Source of the DNA: Candidatus Kaiserbacteria bacterium
GTDB lineage: Bacteria; Patescibacteriota; Minisyncoccia; Phycocordibacterales; UBA2100
Direction: 5' to 3'
Assembly: GCA_028286585.1 (NCBI GenBank)
Contig: JAQBRI010000006.1
Span: 16,558-80,557 of the forward strand
Length of the DNA stretch: 64,000 nucleotides
A program made the position numbers and the translations under genes. Under the pieces are notes generated by a model that made no database searches, was not told the origin of the DNA, and saw nothing but the letters and a program-made list of their open reading frames with translations. Below, piece by piece: positions 50,336 to 59,336 of the stretch (positions are counted from its first letter, which is position 1; each line of letters starts with the position of its first letter).

Positions 50336-50632
50336 ATTGTTTACGAAATAGAAATTAAAACAAGTAACGACAAAACTGAACACACCCCGAGGGTATTTCT
50401 TTTTTCTAAAACCGATTACGGTTAAGAAAAAATGGGCACTCTTTTGTTCCGTCCAAACATCCGTCTTTCCGGACCGTCCAGTGCATTGAAAAATGATAGC
50501 ACTATCATTACACACAGTATTACTACCATATGACTACACTTTGATGCCGTGTAGTTCAGCCTTCCGTGGTCAATTGAGCCACAGAAATCGACAGCAGATT
50601 TTAATCTCGAAAGAAAAAATCTTTCCTTTTTT

Positions 50633-52092
50633 TGGAATGAATCCACGAGCAGCTTCCGCTACCCGTGCCTTGTTACGACTTACTCTTTGTCATTGAGCTT
50701 ACCTTGGTACGTCACATGGACGTGCTTCGGGCACTCCCAACTCCCCTGAGTTGACGGGCGGTGAGTACAAGGCTTGAGAACGTATTCACCGTGGTGTGGC
50801 TGACCCACGATTACTAGCGATTCCGGCTTCATGAGGTCGGGTTGCAGACCTCAATCCGAACTGGCGCCGCTTTTCAGGATTTGCTCCATCTTACGATATT
50901 GCGTCCCTTTGTAACGGCGATTGTAGCGCGTGTGCAGCCCAAGATATCAGAGGGACATGCTGACTTGGCGTCATCCTCACCTTCCTCCCCCGTGAGGGGG
51001 CAGTCTCGCCAGACACTTATAACTGGCAACGAGGGTTGCGTTCGTTACCCCACTGAAGGGAACGGTTCAAACCACGAACTGACGACAGCCATGCATCACC
51101 TGTCCTACACCCTCGAAGGCTTCCTCGGTTTCCCGAGGCGTGCAGTAGGATGTCTAATCTTGGTAAGGTTCTTCGCTTAGCTACGAATTAAGCCACACGC
51201 TCCACCGCTTGTGCAAGCCCCCGTCTATTCCTTTGAGTTTTAATCTTGCGATCGTACTACCCAGGCGGCCGACTTAACGCGTTAGCTTCGCCTCAAAGAG
51301 GGTCGATACTCCTTAAAGCCAGTCGGCATCGTTTAGGGCGTGGACTACCGGGGTATCTAATCCCGTTCGCTACCCACGCTTTCGTGCTTGAGAGTCAGGA
51401 ACGCACCAGTACATTGCCTTCGCTTTCGGTGTTCCCCATGATATCAACGGATTTCACCCCTACACCATGAGTTCCATGTACCTCTTACGCCCTCGAGTTA
51501 TACCGTTTCGCCCGCGATTCCGTGGTTGAGCCACGAGATTTAACAGACGACTAATATAACCTCCTACGCACTCTTTACGCCCAGTAAATCCGGGTAACGC
51601 TTGGGGCCTCTGTATTACCGCTCCTGCTGGCACAGAGTTAGGAGCCCCTTATTCATGAAGTAACGTCAAAAATTCCTCCTTCATAAAAGGTGTTTACGCG
51701 CCGAAGCGCTTCATCCACCACGCGGTATCGCTCGATCAGGCTTTCGCCCATTGTCGAATATTCTCGGCTGCAGCCCTCCGTAGAGGTATCGGCCGTGTCT
51801 CAGTCCGATCGGTGGGGGTCAGCCTCTCAGCTCCCCTAAACGTCGTAGCCTTGGTGAGCCATTACCTCACCAACTAGCTGATATTGCGCAGGCCGCTCCA
51901 GAAGCGAAAAATCTTTACCCTTGCGGGACTATCGGGAATTACCTCACCTTTCGATGAGCTATGCCCGACTTCTGGGTACGTTCCTACGTGTTACTACCTC
52001 GTCTGCCGGTTGCCCTTGCGGGCCCCCTTGACTTGCATGCCTTATCCATACCGCCAGCGTTCACCCTGAGCTAGGATCAAACTCTAAGTTAA
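50633..52092 (-). rRNA. rrs: 16S rRNA (no intron apparent, not followed by 23S)
   Basis: AGAGTTTGATCCTAGCTCAG...GTGCCAGCAGGAGCGGTAA...AAGTCGTAACAAGG; flanking processing stem 50441-50456/52156-52171. Confidence 0.98.
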
Positions 52093-52321
52093 AATGCTTG
52101 GCATTTTTTAGTTCACATAATTTGCATTATGTGAGCCAATCGATACTTGCATCGATTGGACGGAACAAAAGAATGTAGAATGCTCACTATGAACATTCCC
52201 ATGTTTTGTTTTGTGGTTTACTTGCTTGTTTCTTAATTTCTTCTACGTTTGTTGCAATATGAAAATTTCAAGGATCCTCTGGCTTCCCGATCATTCAGAT
52301 TTCTCTGACTCGTAAGCACAA

Positions 52322-52376
52322 AATATACCACTTCGCAGTGGTTGGCCAAGTATACAGCATGAGAATACCAAGTCAA
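52322..52376 (-). promoter_or_regulatory. Tandem rRNA promoters
   Basis: TTGACT-16-TATACT and TTGGCC-16-TATATT; boxA-like GATCCTTGAAA downstream. Confidence 0.65.
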
Positions 52377-52400
52377 GGTTCTGATACGGGCAAAAAGAGG

Positions 52401-52426
52401 GGCCGTCGGACTGGAGTCCGACGGCC
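52401..52426 (-). terminator. Intrinsic terminator
   Basis: GGCCGTCGGACT/AGTCCGACGGCC. Confidence 0.7.
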
Positions 52427-52439
52427 AAAATAACAGGTG

Positions 52440-52754
52440 CTATGCGGCACGTTCTCGTACAACCGGAATGCCTAAACCACAGAGCTTTTTGCACAAAATT
52501 CGCGCAATTGCGCCCGGTTTAGAGGTTCGGATGATCACCGGCCTTTCTCCGTCGTCGGCGTCGCAGACGTGAAGAACAAGCGTATTCTCGGGCGACCCGC
52601 GTTCGGGAAAGCGAATCTTGGGCTTTCCAACATACTTTCGAGTCCTGCCGAGGCTGATTTCTGCGACGTTGGTCAACCTCCGTGCGATATTGATTACGTC
52701 GCTCGAAAGACCTTTTCCACAAAGACTTTCGACCTGCGTCCGATTACATCCCAT
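52440..52754 (-). CDS. Hypothetical basic protein
   Basis: 104-aa ORF with GGGAGG SD and own terminator. Confidence 0.55.
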   Translation of the reverse strand: MGCNRTQVESLCGKGLSSDVINIARRLTNVAEISLGRTRKYVGKPKIRFPERGSPENTLVLHVCDADDGERPVIIRTSKPGAIARILCKKLCGLGIPVVRERAA

Positions 52755-52987
52755 GACAAACCTCCCAAGTTGAAGCTGGACAGAACAATATACCTTACGC
52801 TTACAAAGAACAAGCCCTCCGGGTGGAGGGCTTGCTTATAGTCTGGAAAGTTATTTTCTAGACACAAGCAAATCCTCCACCGTGTGTTCGGAGAAGGAGT
52901 CCGACGACGACAATGTTATTACTTTGCTTATGACACATATATTCAAGATATAGGACTACAAAAATCTGTCAAGTAACGCGCCCGCGA

Positions 52988-53557
52988 CTACTGTTTGGTA
53001 TTTCTTTCTGCGACGACAAAACTCGTATAGTTAAATTTGAGATCCTGAATAGACTCCTCAATAATATCGAGTTTGTAGGCCTTTGCCGCCGCACGCGATG
53101 CTATCACGGCCGTCGAGGCACTTAATGTTCCGGCTGCCAAATCAAGAGCTGCTTTTGCAGTATCTGGATATTCTTTTACTTTTACCTTTGGCCACATACG
53201 CTTGAGATACATACGGCACTGCTTGAGTGCTTGGTCATGAGACGTAATTACTTTTATTTTGTCCGCAGTAGTTCCCTTTTTTACCATGAGATTCATATGC
53301 ACATCGATTTCAAAAATCTTTTTTATAGTAAACAAGTGCTTTGACATAGCGTGCACCGCCTCGATAACAATTCCGCCGTTACTGTTTTCGATTGGGAATA
53401 TTCCCAAATCGACAGTGCCTTGCTCAAGCGCCGAAAGAACATTTTCGACACTTATAAGGTAGTCGAGTGTGTATTTTTTGATATCTTGTTGCGCAGTGTA
53501 CTTGCGAGCCGCCTCTTCCGAGAACGATGCTTTTGCGCCTGAGATACCAATTTTCAT
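52988..53557 (-). CDS. Prephenate dehydratase-like protein (catalytic domain only)
   Basis: SFSEEAA, PIENSNGG, SHDQALKQC, DTAKAA, IQD..FNYTSF. Confidence 0.82.
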   Translation of the reverse strand: MKIGISGAKASFSEEAARKYTAQQDIKKYTLDYLISVENVLSALEQGTVDLGIFPIENSNGGIVIEAVHAMSKHLFTIKKIFEIDVHMNLMVKKGTTADKIKVITSHDQALKQCRMYLKRMWPKVKVKEYPDTAKAALDLAAGTLSASTAVIASRAAAKAYKLDIIEESIQDLKFNYTSFVVAERNTKQ

Positions 53558-53581
53558 GGGTCTTATCGTATCGTACTTGCT

Positions 53582-54490
53582 TTAGTTTTTCTTGCCTTGT
53601 CGATGCGCAATCTCAACAAGAAGCGGAGTTGCGAGGAAGATTGATGAGTACGTACCTGCAATAATTCCTACAAGAAGCGTAAGAGCAAAGTCATGCGTTG
53701 ATGCTGGTCCGTAGACATAGAGCACGAGGAGTGTAAAAAGCACTGTAAGCGAAGTGTTGATTGAACGTACAAATGTCTGATTGAGCGCACGTCCTGCAGT
53801 TTCGGTGAATGATTCCTTGCGATTAGCTTCGCTGTTGATTCGGAGGTTTTCACGCACTCGATCAAACACAACGATAGTATCGTGAATCGAAAAGCCAAGA
53901 ACCGTAAGTACTGCTGTTACAAAAAGCGTATCAACTGCTGCCCCGGTGTAGTGCCCAAGGATCGCAAAAAATCCGATTGGAACGATAACATCGTGCACGA
54001 GTGTGACGAGTGCGATGAGTCCATATACCCACGATGAGACTGGCTTTGATACCTGGCGAAACGCGTAGGCAATAAACAAAAGGATACAGAGTAGCACCAA
54101 AACAAGCGCCCATAATGCCTTTGCGCGAAGTTCAGCACCAATAGTTGGGCCGATTTCATCGAGCTGACTCACGGTTACTGGGTATTTGTCTTCGATTGAA
54201 AGTGCTTTTGGCAAATTAGTTCGCTCGATCTCAGTTAATGTGTCAGAACGAATGATGTAATCATGATCGCCTGATGCGCGGATAGAGATATCCTTGAGTC
54301 CGAGAGTATCGAGACTTTGTGTCAGCACGAGTGAATCTGGTCGAGCTCCGTTATAGGTCACTTGCGCAAGTGTTCCCCCGGTAAAGTCGATACCAAATCG
54401 CAATCCAAAAAATGCGAATGATGCAATCGACGCCGCGATGATGAGTCCGGTGAGGATAAAGAAAGGACGACGATGATGAGTAATAAACAT
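53582..54490 (-). CDS. secF: Protein translocase subunit SecF
   Basis: GIDFTGG, IGPTIG, DTIVVFDRVRE, RSINTS, GTYSSIF. Confidence 0.96.
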   Translation of the reverse strand: MFITHHRRPFFILTGLIIAASIASFAFFGLRFGIDFTGGTLAQVTYNGARPDSLVLTQSLDTLGLKDISIRASGDHDYIIRSDTLTEIERTNLPKALSIEDKYPVTVSQLDEIGPTIGAELRAKALWALVLVLLCILLFIAYAFRQVSKPVSSWVYGLIALVTLVHDVIVPIGFFAILGHYTGAAVDTLFVTAVLTVLGFSIHDTIVVFDRVRENLRINSEANRKESFTETAGRALNQTFVRSINTSLTVLFTLLVLYVYGPASTHDFALTLLVGIIAGTYSSIFLATPLLVEIAHRQGKKN

Positions 54491-54496
54491 ATAAAG

Positions 54497-55807
54497 TTAG
54501 AAAGTTACTCCGCTACCAAAGAAGAATCGAATAAAAGAATTATTGCCGCGTGCTCCAACTGCGCGCAAGAATGTTCGCGAGACGCCGATTGCAGTCAACA
54601 TTGAGACCAAAACACCAAGACCAAACACAAGTGCAAAGCCCTTGATGAGTGATGTGCCAAACCAGAACAAAATGACTGCGGTAATAATACTCGACGTGTT
54701 ACTGTCTCGAATCGATGGCCATGCGCGTGCAAATCCGTCTGAAATAGCGACCGCTGCGGTCTTACCAGACTTCATTTCCTCTCGCATGCGGGCAAAGATA
54801 AGGACGTTTGCATCAACTGCCATACCGATCGAAAGGATGAATCCTGCAATACCAGCAGCCGTAAGCGTGACTGGAATATACATAAAGAGTGCCAACATAA
54901 AGGCAATATAAATAGCGAGCGCGAGCGATGCCATAAGTCCCGGAATACGGTACCAAATGATCATGAAAAGCATGACAACAAGGACCGAGAGCAAGCCAGC
55001 GTAGAGCCCGGCACGCACTGCCAAGTCCCCTAGAGTACTTGAAACTGTTTGCGTACCAATGATTTCAATTGGGAGTGGGAGTGCACCGTAATTAAGATTG
55101 CGGGCAAGCTCCTTGGCGCCATCCGCCGTAAACGCTCCAGAAATAACAGCAGTACCGCTTGGAATAGCTTCACGAATGACTGGTTGTGAAATTGGCTGGC
55201 CATCTAGAAAGATTCCAAATACCCGTCCAACATTCTTACCGGTCAAGTCGGCAAACTTTTGTGCTCCCTCACTTGTGAATGTGAGTTCAACTTGCGGCTC
55301 GCTCATTGTTGCTGATGACTGACTAAAAACAAGCTGTGCGGTCTTTACGTCCTTGCCTGTGATAGTTGCTGGTTCGAATACATCATTAATAGTTGCTGAG
55401 GTACTGGTCGATGCATCAAGCTTACGAAGTCTAAATTCCAATACTGGAGTTTGACCGATAAGCGCAACTGCTCGCTCGGTATCAGTTACTCCTGGCAATT
55501 CGACAATGAGGCGCTGTTCAGGATTACCAGTAAGAGTTCCTCCTACTTCTGTTTGTACAATTGGCTCCGAAACACCAAACAAGTTAACTCGGCGCTCGAT
55601 AGTATCGCGCAGTGCCGCCATAGAATCGGCAACGTCAGCAGAAGGAATACCCGAGATATCAGCCTTGTATACAAGCTGTGTGCCTCCCGAGAGGTCGAGT
55701 CCAAGACCAAAAGTCTTAGCACCAGTAGTTTGGTTGTGGTACACCAAGTATCCAAGTCCAAGACCCACAACAAGCAAAAGGAGTGCAAAAAAGCGTTGTT
55801 TCCACAT
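54497..55807 (-). CDS. secD: Protein translocase subunit SecD
   Basis: LGLDLSGG, RRVNLFGVSEP, GALP, GMAVDANVLIF. Confidence 0.96.
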   Translation of the reverse strand: MWKQRFFALLLLVVGLGLGYLVYHNQTTGAKTFGLGLDLSGGTQLVYKADISGIPSADVADSMAALRDTIERRVNLFGVSEPIVQTEVGGTLTGNPEQRLIVELPGVTDTERAVALIGQTPVLEFRLRKLDASTSTSATINDVFEPATITGKDVKTAQLVFSQSSATMSEPQVELTFTSEGAQKFADLTGKNVGRVFGIFLDGQPISQPVIREAIPSGTAVISGAFTADGAKELARNLNYGALPLPIEIIGTQTVSSTLGDLAVRAGLYAGLLSVLVVMLFMIIWYRIPGLMASLALAIYIAFMLALFMYIPVTLTAAGIAGFILSIGMAVDANVLIFARMREEMKSGKTAAVAISDGFARAWPSIRDSNTSSIITAVILFWFGTSLIKGFALVFGLGVLVSMLTAIGVSRTFLRAVGARGNNSFIRFFFGSGVTF

Positions 55808-55848
55808 ATATAGGGCGCATTATACGGCTTTTTTAGATATTTAATAGC

Positions 55849-55876
55849 TTGACAAATAGCTTATTAGTGATATAAT
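55849..55876 (+). promoter_or_regulatory. sigma70 promoter TTGACA-16-TATAAT with extended -10
   Basis: Perfect hexamers, TGa before -10. Confidence 0.75.
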
Positions 55877-55926
55877 TGCGTTAGGTAATAATCCTCTCGT
55901 AACGCAACAAACGATGGAGCAGTAAA

Positions 55927-56121
55927 ATGTTGAATGCCAAAAAAGGAATATGCCTCGGAGCATTATGCCTCTCCGCTGCCCTGCTTACACTGGTTTCGAT
56001 GCATGACGCACAGGGAAACCTCAGCCCATTAGTGAGAGTACTCGTGTTTGTGTTGGGCACTACCTCTGGACTCACCATCCTCATCATAAGCACGATCGAC
56101 TACGCGAAAGCGACAAAATAA
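55927..56121 (+). CDS. Small two-TM protein
   Basis: Two hydrophobic helices, GGAG upstream, terminator at 56157-56186. Confidence 0.6.
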   Translation: MLNAKKGICLGALCLSAALLTLVSMHDAQGNLSPLVRVLVFVLGTTSGLTILIISTIDYAKATK

Positions 56122-56214
56122 CCCGTTCCACCAGGTGATGACGATCTTTTTTTTCTCACCCGCAGAACCATTCGCTTCTGCGGGTGGTTTTGTTTTTATA
56201 TTTTTCAATTCTTC

Positions 56215-56868
56215 TTATTCTGACTGTTTCGTAAACAGTTCGAGAATTTTTTTACAAACAACATCGATTTTGTCAGTTACTACCCTCTTTTCTTCATAGC
56301 TAAAATGTGCCCATGTATCTCCGTCGGGAATCAGCAATGATTTGTCGAGTGACATGACTTCATCTACTGCCGGCCCATGAATATTTAATTCTTGTGCAGC
56401 CATTACAAATGATTCAACGTAGGACTTTACGTTGGTTATTACATTCAAACGATACTTACTCTCAGAGGAGAAATTCTCAAAAGTTGTTCCAAATTCTCGT
56501 CGTTTTTGTTGCTCCCATGCATCTCGTGCCTCCTTGTCGCTACCGAAAGAATCTTCGATATACACACCGTTGAGATATTTGACCGCACTTTGTACCAGTC
56601 CGTCTATTATTCTCTTTATTGTTTTTTCAGAACGCTCGTCACCCAGATCTTCAAGTTGTGAGTAATCATGTTCTTGCTCTATTGGTATCTGAGTAGTAGA
56701 TTCGATAATTTTTACAGCATCATTTTTATGGAGCAACGAGACCATATCCTCGCGACCCACATCGTATCTCGGAGGAAGATCGAGGCGTGCCGCAACTTCT
56801 CTCTGTTCTCGCTGGGAGTCTTCAGGCGTACGCGATGGTTGGCCTGGAGGTTTTTCGAACGGATTCAT
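56215..56868 (-). CDS. Hypothetical acidic protein
   Basis: Long ORF starting MNPFEKP; -10 element 6 nt upstream. Confidence 0.65.
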   Translation of the reverse strand: MNPFEKPPGQPSRTPEDSQREQREVAARLDLPPRYDVGREDMVSLLHKNDAVKIIESTTQIPIEQEHDYSQLEDLGDERSEKTIKRIIDGLVQSAVKYLNGVYIEDSFGSDKEARDAWEQQKRREFGTTFENFSSESKYRLNVITNVKSYVESFVMAAQELNIHGPAVDEVMSLDKSLLIPDGDTWAHFSYEEKRVVTDKIDVVCKKILELFTKQSE

Positions 56869-56902
56869 GTACAAAGCGTATCATTCTCCGGCGAAATAAC
56901 AA

Positions 56903-57700
56903 TTAAGTGTTTTGTGCCTCAAACAGTGTGTACAAATTTTTAAATATCATTGCAACTGCAATAGGACCGACTCCTCCAGGAACCGGCGTAAAAAGTGAAC
57001 ATTTCTCGGCACACGAGGGATCGGCATCCCCCATCATTTTTCCTCCATCTTCGGATGTGCCAGCATCAATAAGTACGCATCCCTCTTTGATCATATGCGG
57101 CTTTATAAGACCTGGCTTACCAGCTCCCAAAATAACAAGATCGGCATTGACCAAATCATCGAGTGCGTCACCTTCGGAATAGGTGGTTACATGTATGCCT
57201 CGCTTTTTGAGCATTACAGCACAAGGTTTCCCAACAAGGCGTCCGTTCCCAACAACAGCTGCCTTGGTATATACACCAATCACTGTTGGATTTAAGGTTC
57301 CCAAAATAAAAGATACTGCCTCGGCAACTGGCGGAAGCACGACCGGAGTATGTGCAAGTGTTGTTGGATTAATACCATCAACGTCGTGCGAAGACGGTAT
57401 CGCAGAGAGCACATCCTCGGTATTTATATGGCTCGGGAGTGGCAATTGAACAATCACACCATTACTATTCCTGACACACTCTTGAATCGACGCGATAACA
57501 TCGGCTGTTTCGGCTGCGATCGAAAGCCGCTCTTCGATCATCGTAATTCCAAGCTGTGCTGCGTACTTTTTCTTGATGCGTACAAACGACGCAACCACAG
57601 GGTCTTCTCCGACTACCACAATGCCGAGTACGGGCTTGTTAACTTTCGTCTTAAGGTGATCATAAATCCCCTTTGCCATTTCTTTGCCGTCGATGATCAT
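56903..57700 (-). CDS. folD: Methylenetetrahydrofolate dehydrogenase/cyclohydrolase
   Basis: IIDGK, VQLPLP, DVDG, VGKP, TPVPGGVGP. Confidence 0.93.
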   Translation of the reverse strand: MIIDGKEMAKGIYDHLKTKVNKPVLGIVVVGEDPVVASFVRIKKKYAAQLGITMIEERLSIAAETADVIASIQECVRNSNGVIVQLPLPSHINTEDVLSAIPSSHDVDGINPTTLAHTPVVLPPVAEAVSFILGTLNPTVIGVYTKAAVVGNGRLVGKPCAVMLKKRGIHVTTYSEGDALDDLVNADLVILGAGKPGLIKPHMIKEGCVLIDAGTSEDGGKMMGDADPSCAEKCSLFTPVPGGVGPIAVAMIFKNLYTLFEAQNT

Positions 57701-57734
57701 ATTCTCATTCTAACATTTTGCTTCATATAAATAA

Positions 57735-57758
57735 AACCCCGCGACTTTTCGCGGGGTT
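57735..57758. terminator. Intrinsic terminator
   Basis: AACCCCGCGA/TCGCGGGGTT. Confidence 0.7.
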
Positions 57759-57785
57759 CAAAATAAGCAGGAAACGTTACACAAA

Positions 57786-58295
57786 TCATTCCTTGGCTTT
57801 AGTTTCATTTAAGAACAGAAGTGTTCTCATTCGTTTTACCGACTCCTTCAAAATCCATTCCGCCATTTCGCAGACTTGGACTTCGAACTCAGCAGTCGGA
57901 AGGTTCGCCATTGCCGGCTCGTACTTAAGAAGAAGATCTCGTATTTCTTTCATGAGCGTTTCTTCAACCAACTTCCACAGACCAGCCTGTGGGTTGCCTT
58001 TGAACGAATTCAAGTGCCCGTGAATTCGATCCCACTTCGCTTCGTCAGAGGTTTTACCCATGGTGTGGCACTTGTCGCACTCGCGCACGGTTCCCCATAT
58101 CCCTGCATCAAAGTCACTGTGGAGTATGCCTCCGCAGACGCATAATGTTCCTCTATCATCTTCTGAGCACGCTGGACAGTCGCCGTCACCCGAGATATGG
58201 CTTTCTTTCCCGGTTCCAAGAGTAAATGTACCCTCTTTTTTAAATGCTGCATTTAAGAGAGCAGCCTCCGGATTAATTGGGATAATATTCTCCAT
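57786..58295 (-). CDS. Hypothetical protein with Zn-binding-like Cys/His motifs
   Basis: H..GD..CPAC, CVCGGILH, CDKC; AGGAG SD. Confidence 0.65.
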   Translation of the reverse strand: MENIIPINPEAALLNAAFKKEGTFTLGTGKESHISGDGDCPACSEDDRGTLCVCGGILHSDFDAGIWGTVRECDKCHTMGKTSDEAKWDRIHGHLNSFKGNPQAGLWKLVEETLMKEIRDLLLKYEPAMANLPTAEFEVQVCEMAEWILKESVKRMRTLLFLNETKAKE

Positions 58296-58410
58296 GTAAG
58301 TCTCCTGTCAAAGACCACTGTGTTATATTGCCCCAGTCAGGCTAGTCAGAGGAATTCTGAATTTTTATTGTACCATGTATTCTTCTATGCGTAAAGCGTA
58401 TTTTACATGA

Positions 58411-59322
58411 TTACGCGACACCGAATTCTTTTTTTAGCTCTGCGACGCCTTCTTCTACAGAAATAGTTGGTGACCAGCCTAACAATTCACGCGCTTTTGT
58501 ATTGTCAGCACATGAATCATGCGCTTCGATGCGTGGCTTATCGTATACGACTTCTCCGCCAAAAAGTGATGCGAGGTAATTGATAGTAATATTCCGGCCG
58601 GCTCCAATATTGATTACTTCGCCTTTACCAACATGGGCGCTTTCTCCTGCGAGAATGTTGGCTTGCACAACATCACGCACATGCGTAAAATCGCGTGTCA
58701 CCGTTCCATCTCCAAAAATAGTTATTGGCTTACCCTCTTTGCGCGCCATCAAAAATTTGCCAACCGCAAGCGCATACGCTCCATTAGGGTCAAGGCCTGG
58801 GCCATATACATTAAAATAACGCAGAGATACCGTTTCTACTCCGTAAATATCAAACCACATTTTTGCATACAATTCTCCGACATATTTTTGCAAACCATAT
58901 GGATTTACAGCATTCGCCTCCATTGTTTCAACAAGCGGTAATACTGTCTGTTCGCCATATGCCGAACCAGACGCAGAATATACAACGCGGCGCACTTTCG
59001 CCTTTGCTGCCGCTGTCAAAACAGAGACGGTGCCAGTAATGTTGTTGTCGGTTGTCTCGACAGGAAATTCAATCGAGTACGGAACGCGCGGCATTGCAGC
59101 AGTATGATACACAACATCAGCGCCAGCCAAAATAGGAATTATTTCCTCGGTATTCCGCATATCAACTTCGTGCAAGATAGCTTCCTTTGGAAGTGTGTCT
59201 CGACGAAACGACGGATCATTATCAATGATGTGCACTTCATCACCCCGCGCAAGAAGCGCCGTAACCAAATTACTTCCAATAAATCCCGCACCACCTGTCA
59301 CTACCGATTTTTTCTGTGCCAT
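58411..59322 (-). CDS. NAD-dependent epimerase/dehydratase
   Basis: TGGAGFIGS, YGLQK, LRYFNVYGP, GDGTVTRDF. Confidence 0.92.
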   Translation of the reverse strand: MAQKKSVVTGGAGFIGSNLVTALLARGDEVHIIDNDPSFRRDTLPKEAILHEVDMRNTEEIIPILAGADVVYHTAAMPRVPYSIEFPVETTDNNITGTVSVLTAAAKAKVRRVVYSASGSAYGEQTVLPLVETMEANAVNPYGLQKYVGELYAKMWFDIYGVETVSLRYFNVYGPGLDPNGAYALAVGKFLMARKEGKPITIFGDGTVTRDFTHVRDVVQANILAGESAHVGKGEVINIGAGRNITINYLASLFGGEVVYDKPRIEAHDSCADNTKARELLGWSPTISVEEGVAELKKEFGVA

Positions 59323-59336
59323 ATAGTTCGACTATA

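Noticed and set aside
50230-50640. Group I intron splitting the 16S 3' end
   Set aside because: No downstream CACCUCC exon; the region is explained by the processing stem and terminator; 16S length is normal
50842-52069. ORF-track entries inside the 16S gene
   Set aside because: Antisense shadows of rRNA
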